Made by a program: the position numbers and the translations under genes
Notes under the pieces: generated by a model
The model's database searches: none
What the model saw: only the letters and a program-made list of their open reading frames with translations
Told to the model about the DNA's origin: nothing
Origin: Candidatus Angelobacter sp.
GTDB lineage: Bacteria; Acidobacteriota; Terriglobia; Terriglobales; Acidobacteriaceae
DNA length: 64,000 nt
Assembly (NCBI GenBank): GCA_035294925.1
Contig: DATGJZ010000142.1
Span: forward strand, 65,357-129,356
Direction: 5' to 3'
Part shown: piece by piece, positions 11,861-21,128 of the stretch
Numbering within the stretch: the first letter of the stretch is position 1
How the letters are laid out: every line of letters begins with the position of its first letter

Positions 11861-12553
11861 ATGCCGTCCAATCTGGTTCAACTCAATCAGGAGATCGTTG
11901 CCTGCACGCGGTGCCCGCGATTGATTGCACATTGCCAAAAGATCGGACGGGAAAAGCGCCGCGCTTATCTCGATTGGGATTATTGGGCGAAGCCGGTACC
12001 CGGATTTGGCGATCCCAATGCTCGACTGTTGATTCTGGGACTGGCGCCCGGCGCTCATGGCTCAAACCGCACCGGCCGGCCCTTCACGGGTGACGGTTCC
12101 GGATACTTTATGTATCCGGTGTTGCACAAGGCGGGATTTGCGTCACAGCCGACGGCAACACACCGCGACGACGGGCTGCGCCTGAAGGATGCCTATATCA
12201 CCGCTGCTGTCCGCTGCGCGCCGCCGCAGAACAAGCCTGCGCCGGATGAGATCGCCAACTGCTCCATCTTTCTGGACCGCGAGATGGAGGCATTGAAAAA
12301 TGTAAAGATCGTGGTGGCGCTGGGCAGGATCGGTTTTGACGCGTACTTGAATTATCTGAAACGGCGCGGGCTGGCAGTTTCCAAGACCAGCATTGTGTTT
12401 GGTCACGCAGCGCACTACGAAATGCCGGATGGACGGATCTTACTTTGCTCGTATCATCCCTCACAGCAAAATACCCAGACCGGGAAGCTAACGGAGAAGA
12501 TGTTTCTGGAAGTTTTCACGAAGGCGCGTAAGTTGTTAACGAAAGGCTCTTGA
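11861..12553 (+). CDS. Uracil-DNA glycosylase superfamily protein (family 4/5-like, Fe-S type)
   Basis: N-terminal CTRCPRL cysteine motif and active-site-like GLAPGAHGSNRTGRPFTGD. C-terminal HPSQQN motif. Confidence 0.85.
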   Translation: MPSNLVQLNQEIVACTRCPRLIAHCQKIGREKRRAYLDWDYWAKPVPGFGDPNARLLILGLAPGAHGSNRTGRPFTGDGSGYFMYPVLHKAGFASQPTATHRDDGLRLKDAYITAAVRCAPPQNKPAPDEIANCSIFLDREMEALKNVKIVVALGRIGFDAYLNYLKRRGLAVSKTSIVFGHAAHYEMPDGRILLCSYHPSQQNTQTGKLTEKMFLEVFTKARKLLTKGS

Positions 12554-12611
12554 AAAAACCTTACCTGATGGAGCTGATCTGCACGGATGAAACAAGGTCC
12601 TTTTAGTCTGA

Positions 12612-14381
12612 TCAGCGGAAATCAGTCTCATCCTTGTTATCCGTGGCAAGGGTTTCGGTTGAATGCTGATTGCCGAGTGCCGCGCTTGTACCAGGTTCCT
12701 CCATTTCCAACACGGCTACCCATTCCGCTTTTTTTCTTTCCAGCAAAACGATTTTTCCGCCGAGGAGGTTGGCGATCAGTTCGGGCGGGAGATCTGTGTG
12801 GTAGTCAAAATAGCGGCGGGTCAGGCCGTCCAACCTGGAACCGAGCCATGTGGGTTGATCGTATTTCGTGGAAAACAGAAAAGCCACCTGATACCGGCTC
12901 CGCATGGCGCGCGCTTTGAAAACTTCTTCCGCGGTGAAGTTCTCCACGGCAACCACGGACAGCGGCTTGTTCACATAGCCTAAATAGGGCCGGGTAAGTT
13001 CGTCGCTGGCGGGCCAGGCGGTGAGCACGGCCTTGCCCTGCTCATGCTGTTCCAGAAAATGACTGGCACTGGCGTGCAGCTCGACAAAATCCTTGTAGGT
13101 GAGATTGTCTTCCGGAGCCAGCTTGTACGGGGGATCAAAGAATAGAGCCAGGACAAAGGCAATGACTATCAGGGCTGCGGGCCATTCCCATCGGGTTATC
13201 CGCCGGCGCAATGTGGACATTCCAATGATGATGACCAAGGGATAGGCGGAAAGCAGGTAGCGCGGCAGGAGCGCGCCGCCGAGGAGTGAAAACGTGACCA
13301 GTTGGACGAGCATGATCAGCGCGAACTGAAGCTGCACGGGGATGGAGATCCGTTGGCGTTCGTCGTTATTCTGACCGGCGTTGTTCTGACCGGCGTTGTT
13401 TTGACCGGCGTTGTTCCGACCAGCGTTGTTCCGACCGCCGTTGTTCCGACCAGCGTGGTCCCGTACCGCCGGAAACCACATGGCTGCGATGGTGGCGGCG
13501 GTCAAGGCCAGCATGTTCATGAATCCCAGCAGGTGCCAGATCCTGATCCCAAATGCGGCGAGAAAACGCAATGGGGCCATGGCGTTGGTGACGTTGTAGC
13601 GGTAAAACTGCGCGTCGCCCAGGAAGCGCCCCGTCGCGTGATGGTGATAGAGAAGCCAAGCCGCCAATGGCAGCACGGGAACCAGACAGATGGCAGCACG
13701 GCGAATTTTTTCTCGTTTGGGCGCGGCTTCCGGAGAGAGAAAGTATTGCCATATCGCCACGGCCAGAGGAGTGACCACGGCCGTTTCCTTGCTCAAGACC
13801 GCCAAGGTAAAGGCGAATTGACTGCACCATAGGCGTCGCTCCATGCCCAGCCGGATTCCCCACAGGGTAAATGCCGCAGCGGCGAGGTCGGCGTGGGCGA
13901 GCGAGCTCTGGGCGAAGAAGACGGGATAGACAGCGGTAGCAATGGTGGCGGCCACTGCAACTCCTATGTTGGCCACGCGCCGGGCCAGGAGAAAGACGTT
14001 GCTCAGGGCGAATGCCGCCAGCAGCAACATGGCAATGCGCGCGACTGCAGGCTTCCATCCGCTTAATGTGAACCAGAGCGCCAGATACGCGGCCGGGAGC
14101 GGCGGGTGGCCGGTATCCATGGTGGTTCTGGGAATGACGGAGTGGAAGTGAGCGAGATCGTAGGCTGCCGGGACGTAAAAGCCAGCTTCGTCCCAGAAGA
14201 ATGGCAGGCGCAAGAGCGGCGCATGCAGGATGAAAATAGCGGTAAAGATGATGGAAAAGATCTGGATAGAGAAAACGCGCGGCAGTCGGTCTGGCGAGGA
14301 TGTCGGCAATTTCCAGTGCAATCTATTGCTAGTTGACTTGGGTGTGCTGGGCGATGGTGGGATCGAGCTTGATTTCCCCAA
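12612..14381 (-). CDS. GT-C fold membrane glycosyltransferase (ArnT/PMT-like) with internal pentapeptide tandem repeat
   Basis: Many TM helices. A DE motif sits in the first extracytoplasmic loop (LPFFWDEAGFY) and the C-terminus is soluble. The listed start overlaps the DUF3467-like gene by 53 nt, so the true start may be internal. Confidence 0.75.
   Translation of the reverse strand: MGKSSSIPPSPSTPKSTSNRLHWKLPTSSPDRLPRVFSIQIFSIIFTAIFILHAPLLRLPFFWDEAGFYVPAAYDLAHFHSVIPRTTMDTGHPPLPAAYLALWFTLSGWKPAVARIAMLLLAAFALSNVFLLARRVANIGVAVAATIATAVYPVFFAQSSLAHADLAAAAFTLWGIRLGMERRLWCSQFAFTLAVLSKETAVVTPLAVAIWQYFLSPEAAPKREKIRRAAICLVPVLPLAAWLLYHHHATGRFLGDAQFYRYNVTNAMAPLRFLAAFGIRIWHLLGFMNMLALTAATIAAMWFPAVRDHAGRNNGGRNNAGRNNAGQNNAGQNNAGQNNDERQRISIPVQLQFALIMLVQLVTFSLLGGALLPRYLLSAYPLVIIIGMSTLRRRITRWEWPAALIVIAFVLALFFDPPYKLAPEDNLTYKDFVELHASASHFLEQHEQGKAVLTAWPASDELTRPYLGYVNKPLSVVAVENFTAEEVFKARAMRSRYQVAFLFSTKYDQPTWLGSRLDGLTRRYFDYHTDLPPELIANLLGGKIVLLERKKAEWVAVLEMEEPGTSAALGNQHSTETLATDNKDETDFR
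13365..13454. repeat. Six in-frame 15-bp tandem repeats inside the glycosyltransferase gene
   Basis: Units gttattctgaccggc / gttgttctgaccggc / gttgttttgaccggc / gttgttccgaccagc / gttgttccgaccgcc / gttgttccgaccagc. On the coding strand they encode GRNNGGRNNAGRNNAGQNNAGQNNAGQNN. Confidence 0.9.
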
Positions 14382-14625
14382 AAGTTGTTTCGTACTGCAC
14401 GATGTTCTGCTCCAGGATGGTTACGAGGGCCTTGGCCTGCTGCGGGCTCAAATAGATCCCTTGAAAGTTGTGAACTTCAACGTCAGAGGCTGTCTGCGGT
14501 TGGAGACGGCCAAAAATCAACAGGAAATCCCACACGCTGGCCCGTATCTGCACCGAGTTAGCGTAACCTTCGCGATAGTCCGGCGTGTTGACCAGACGAA
14601 TATTGGGCTGGGGCTGATTCGCCAT
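14329..14625 (-). CDS. DUF3467-like small protein
   Basis: MANQPQPNIRLVNTPDYREGYANSVQIRASVWDFLLIFG...SPQQAKALVTILEQNIVQYETTFGEI matches the pattern I associate with DUF3467. The internal ATG at 14625 is preferred over the ORF start at 14685. Confidence 0.7.
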   Translation of the reverse strand: MANQPQPNIRLVNTPDYREGYANSVQIRASVWDFLLIFGRLQPQTASDVEVHNFQGIYLSPQQAKALVTILEQNIVQYETTFGEIKLDPTIAQHTQVN

Positions 14626-14667
14626 AAGAAGAATCCTCTCTCTAACCTGCCTTGATAGATTAGGTGA

Positions 14668-16095
<1,428 letters not shown>

Positions 16096-16228
16096 GAACT
16101 TTCTTCTTTGCATCGAACGGAGTGAGAGATCCCTACTTTCATGAAAGCGAGTGCCGGGGTATCCCTCCCTCCGGTCGGGATAAACTACAAAAGCACCACT
16201 ATGCCAGGTTAGTTGGCCGTTGTGATGG

Positions 16229-16366
16229 TTACGAGTCGCCGAAGAGAGGGCTGGTAAAGTGGGTCACTACAGCATCGCCTTTTCCCAGAATCTTCTGCAG
16301 TTCCTCGGCGCTGAGATGGCGCGCATTTGCGCGGCTGAGTACGCGATTCCCGTTATTGTTTGGCAT
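16229..16366 (-). CDS. Candidate 45-aa small ORF (not in ORF track)
   Basis: The minus strand reads ATG...TAA encoding MPNNNGNRVLSRANARHLSAEELQKILGKGDAVVTHFTSPLFGDS. A strong RBS (gaaaggagaaacgt) precedes the ATG. It is convergent with eno. Confidence 0.3.
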   Translation of the reverse strand: MPNNNGNRVLSRANARHLSAEELQKILGKGDAVVTHFTSPLFGDS

Positions 16367-16442
16367 ACGTTTCTCCTTTCGAGAGTTGTTCCCCGCCAGG
16401 GATAGCGGGTTTTTATTCTAACAGCTCGCGGACCGCGCATAT

Positions 16443-17640
<1,198 letters not shown>

Positions 17641-18042
17641 GGCTCCGCTAGCCTCTCAGCGGTGCGTTGAGCCTCATGGAGAGATTGCTCCAGAAGATCA
17701 AACTGCGGATTGACAGGGCTTATCTCTATGCGGCAAGAAAAAAAGGCTCACTGGTCAGGTAAGCCATATTTCTCGTGTTACGTTGAAGTTGCGTTTCATA
17801 GAGCCGGAACGATTCCGTGCTGGAGAAGTACAGCGCTCTATTCGGGTGAGTTTCCCACAAAGCAAAGCCGGAAGGCCGCGTATTGCTCGTATCCCAGCCT
17901 TCCTTCCTGACGCAAGAATTCGCGCCCTCCCTTACGAAGCAGTAAGCGATTGCAAAGTTTTGGAGGTGGGTTCGTCGGCCCGCCTTGTTAAGAAGGCGCG
18001 AAAAAATCCCGCAAGAGAACCGCTGGGAATTTCGTATTAAAC

Positions 18043-19344
18043 TTGATTGGCGCTTTAGCTGCTCAAAAGAGGTCGAGTGTGGCAGGACGTCCACCAAAAT
18101 CTTCGCCAATTTCGGTTAGGACTGCGTTATCCAGGTTGCGCAAATCCAGGGAGCAAATTGCCGAGTTAACCCGGGAGCGACTATGGTCTGGACAAGCTGC
18201 CGAATGGCAGCGAAACCTAAGGAGCACTCTCATGCGCCTCGATCCTCAGGATTCAAGTCGTGTTGATGAATTTGACCGAATCTCCTTTGAGCCGCCCTTG
18301 GCAATCCTGAGCTTAGCTATAACATTGCAGATTGATGAACGGACCAAAGCTTTTCTAGCAGGGCTTGAGCAGGCAAAAGTGTTTCTGGATACTTGTATCC
18401 GCGAGCTAGAGAGACAGGGCAATGACACCGGCCCTAATGATATTCGTACACAATGGAAAATAGCACCGAACATGTTCCTGCCGCACAGCGCACCGTCGAG
18501 CCGCACTGCGTTAGAGGACACCGGATCTCAAACTATGACTGCCGAGCAAATCCTCAGTGAAATGAATTGGTACGAAACTGAATTCGCAGGTATCCTTTCC
18601 CGTTTCAACAGAAACCGGGACGGCGTTTGGATAGGAGAAGGCGACGATCCGATCTTTCGTCAATACGTGCGCGAAATCATTGACCTATTCAATGACGTGT
18701 TTGGGAACAACGTGTACTCCCAACAGATTGCTGAGGAGTTCAACCATGGAATCTCTAATTACACGAGTTCACCGTCATATAAATGCGTGGAAAATATCTT
18801 GTCCATTGTGCGTGCCGTGCTCACCCGCCTCAACCGTAACCCGAGATTATTGGAAGGGCAAGAAGCGCAAGAGAATGATGCCGGCCAACAGCGAGTCGAC
18901 GCTGTGCTTGGCATTTGTGATCGCTTCCACGAGGTCGCGCGGCAACTCCTTCATCGCCGTGAGAACCGATCCACTCTTGAAATCAAAGATGAGTATGACG
19001 TTCAGGATCTCCTTCATGCATTACTGCGCATTCACTTTGAGGACGTCCGCACGGAGGAATGGACGCCGTCTTACGGTGGAGGTTCGTCGCGGATGGATTT
19101 CCTTTTGAAGGAGTATGCGATTGTCGTAGAAGCGAAGATGGCACACAGGACGCTGAATACAAAGGAGGTGTCAGAACAACTCATAATCGACGCTGCCAAG
19201 TATCGACAACATCCGAACTGCAAGACCCTGATCTGTTTTGTATATGACCCCTCGGGGTTGTTGAAGAATCCTCGGGGAGTCGAGCGGGATCTAGCTAAAT
19301 TGTCCGGGGATGGACTAGATGTAATATGCCTTGTCATGCCATAA
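18043..19344 (+). CDS. Hypothetical protein with C-terminal PD-(D/E)xK (restriction-endonuclease-fold) nuclease signature
   Basis: The C-terminal about 120 aa carry an E...D...ExK arrangement: EYDVQDLLHALLRIHFEDV ... SSRMDFLL ... AIVVEAK. The N-terminal about 300 aa are helical and unassigned. G+C is low relative to the core genes. The listed start is TTG and is uncertain. Confidence 0.65.
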   Translation: MIGALAAQKRSSVAGRPPKSSPISVRTALSRLRKSREQIAELTRERLWSGQAAEWQRNLRSTLMRLDPQDSSRVDEFDRISFEPPLAILSLAITLQIDERTKAFLAGLEQAKVFLDTCIRELERQGNDTGPNDIRTQWKIAPNMFLPHSAPSSRTALEDTGSQTMTAEQILSEMNWYETEFAGILSRFNRNRDGVWIGEGDDPIFRQYVREIIDLFNDVFGNNVYSQQIAEEFNHGISNYTSSPSYKCVENILSIVRAVLTRLNRNPRLLEGQEAQENDAGQQRVDAVLGICDRFHEVARQLLHRRENRSTLEIKDEYDVQDLLHALLRIHFEDVRTEEWTPSYGGGSSRMDFLLKEYAIVVEAKMAHRTLNTKEVSEQLIIDAAKYRQHPNCKTLICFVYDPSGLLKNPRGVERDLAKLSGDGLDVICLVMP

Positions 19345-19461
19345 AATACCTTCATGAACGAGGGAGTGTTGTTGATCGTTGAGGCCAATGTGGGCCTTTT
19401 TGGCACCTGTGAAGAGTGCTTCCGTGCGGGCTAATTTAGAGGTAAGTGCTTGATTCTAAAT

Positions 19462-19490
19462 TGGCTGCCTCACCAGGATTCGAACCCCGA
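19462..19490 (-). other. tRNA 3'-end-like fragment (T-arm + acceptor + CCA), minus strand
   Basis: The reverse complement reads tcggggTTCGAATcctggtgaggcagCCA. No matching 5' acceptor, D arm or anticodon arm lies upstream, and the T stem has one mismatch. Confidence 0.35.
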
Positions 19491-19600
19491 TATGCTCATC
19501 CAGGATCAACGTGCCGTAAACGTTGCACTCCTCCGGTGTCGAGTGTCAGTTTCCGCGCGAACTTCGCGATGCATCTGCCGCGAGTTAGGAATCCCCTGGT

Positions 19601-19650
19601 TCGGGGTTCGGGACCAGGGGGCGGGGGTTCAAATTCCCTCTCCCCGACCA
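19601..19650 (+). other. tRNA 3'-end-like fragment (T-arm + acceptor + CCA), plus strand
   Basis: ...gggggTTCAAATtccctctccccgACCA. No complementary 5' acceptor strand (cggggag) lies within 400 nt. The element begins with tcggggttcg, the exact inverted copy of 19481-19490. Confidence 0.35.
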
Positions 19651-19721
19651 ATCTTTTCAATAACTTAGAGTTGATTTCCGGTCTGTATGCCCAAGCTGAC
19701 GTTAAATCCTTTCACTTGCGA

Positions 19722-20006
19722 TTAGCCGTATCTTATTTTCAATAGGAGTATTGAGGTCATAAGACATAGCGCGACGCCATTAGCAACCCATATGGGAGGT
19801 TGACGTACTGCGATACCATAGAAAAACCAGAGTAGCGTCCCTGTTACGATAGCGACGTACATTGGGAGCGAAAGATCACGTGTCTGTTTCGTTCGCCATA
19901 CTTTTATCACTTGGGGCAGAAAAGAAAATGTGACCAGGGCGCCGGCGACATATCCCATCGCCTGTATATAGATCATTTTGTCAGCCAGTTTCAGCCAAGA
20001 TGCCAT
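19722..20006 (-). CDS. SemiSWEET / PQ-loop family small transporter
   Basis: About 94 aa with three predicted TM helices and the PQ motif in FSFLPQVIKVWRTKQTRDLS. The ATG at 20006 (MASWLK) is preferred. Confidence 0.8.
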   Translation of the reverse strand: MASWLKLADKMIYIQAMGYVAGALVTFSFLPQVIKVWRTKQTRDLSLPMYVAIVTGTLLWFFYGIAVRQPPIWVANGVALCLMTSILLLKIRYG

Positions 20007-20093
20007 AGCTTCTCCGCTCTCAATAGGATTCAAGAATTACCTCTTGGAACCGTCCGTTAGGCTCATGCTCGCCCTCTTAAGGAGGAATCTCAG

Positions 20094-21128
20094 TTAGCGA
20101 CCTGACCTCGCCATGCGTTTCTTTTCAAGTGTTTGTGCCAGAGCTGCTGCAATTCTTCCTGGCCCAAAATCATGCACTATCTCCAGAAGCTTCTTCCTTT
20201 TTCTTTGGAGCCTATCTCTCAGATCACTGGGATCAGAATGCATCTCTCCCAGGTGCTCAGCGTACACCGGTCCTTTGATCAGGGACCGGTCTTTCAAGTC
20301 ATTGAAGCTTCCCAACCAACAACTGCGGCCAAGAACCGGCTTGAGTTGTGAAGTGCGCAATTCCAAATAACCATCGAATTCCGACGGCGAATTCTCAATC
20401 GCTTTCACTGAGGCCATCGTATATATGAATTTGATCATGTCACTTCTAAGCCATACCAAATCGGACCGCCAGTTGCCGCGGTGAATCAAGGAGTCTTTGA
20501 TTACCCAAAAAGCCCTTCCTTCGCTGATGATGTATCGGTCCTCGCGATGCTGAATGTCAAAATATCCTATTGTGTCTCGCATCCCATCTGGCGTTTCGGC
20601 CAGCAGGCTGTAAATCCACCAGCCCTCGAAAGCGTTGGTCTCCGATCGCGCTGTCTGAATATGCTTGTCCAACTTAGGCCAGAGCAGATCAAATCTTTCT
20701 CTCAGGAGTGAACTGCTAACCTGCAGACCGATGCGTTGGTTGACCGTAGAAACAAGATCGAATGTGCCTTCCTTCGTTGCAGTCTTTGCCTGAAAGTGCC
20801 TCAACGGACCAACTAAATCAGTGATCTGTAAATCGATTAGATATGGTATGACTGCACTTTTGTCGAGCGACTTAGAGAGAGCACCAGCCTCAAACATGAT
20901 CCAGGGAGATGTTTTGTTTTCACGAGTCAAGCACAGAATTCCGCAGTCTCGCCTTTCCAGTTGATGGCCGAGTTCTGGGATGGATCTACTGCCGGCTGCA
21001 ATATCGGTTTCAGAAAACCAAGGATCTGCGTGCTCCCCGAGCACCAGGGGGAGCCATTCCTTTAGGGCGTTGGCGACGAGCCTGCTGCGCTCTCCGCTCC
21101 AACTAAGGAAGATATTGGGCGCTTTCAT
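20094..21128 (-). CDS. TIR-domain protein with unassigned about 200-aa C-terminal domain
   Basis: The N-terminal about 135 aa (NIFLSWSGERSRLVANALKEWL...DCGILCLTRENKTSPWIMFEAGAL) match the bacterial TIR pattern, with a candidate catalytic Glu80. The C-terminal domain is not recognised. The start overlaps the upstream gene's stop (ATGA). Confidence 0.8.
   Translation of the reverse strand: MKAPNIFLSWSGERSRLVANALKEWLPLVLGEHADPWFSETDIAAGSRSIPELGHQLERRDCGILCLTRENKTSPWIMFEAGALSKSLDKSAVIPYLIDLQITDLVGPLRHFQAKTATKEGTFDLVSTVNQRIGLQVSSSLLRERFDLLWPKLDKHIQTARSETNAFEGWWIYSLLAETPDGMRDTIGYFDIQHREDRYIISEGRAFWVIKDSLIHRGNWRSDLVWLRSDMIKFIYTMASVKAIENSPSEFDGYLELRTSQLKPVLGRSCWLGSFNDLKDRSLIKGPVYAEHLGEMHSDPSDLRDRLQRKRKKLLEIVHDFGPGRIAAALAQTLEKKRMARSGR

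Noticed and set aside
19440-19650. Possible tmRNA (ssrA), SRP RNA or a complete tRNA spanning the two T-arm/CCA-like ends
   Set aside because: There is no GGGG…/…CCACCA alanine-type acceptor with G3:U70. No tag-peptide reading frame ends in a hydrophobic …AA-stop in any frame. There is no GGAA-tetraloop SRP domain IV. No 5' acceptor strand complementary to either 3' end was found. I kept them only as fragments.
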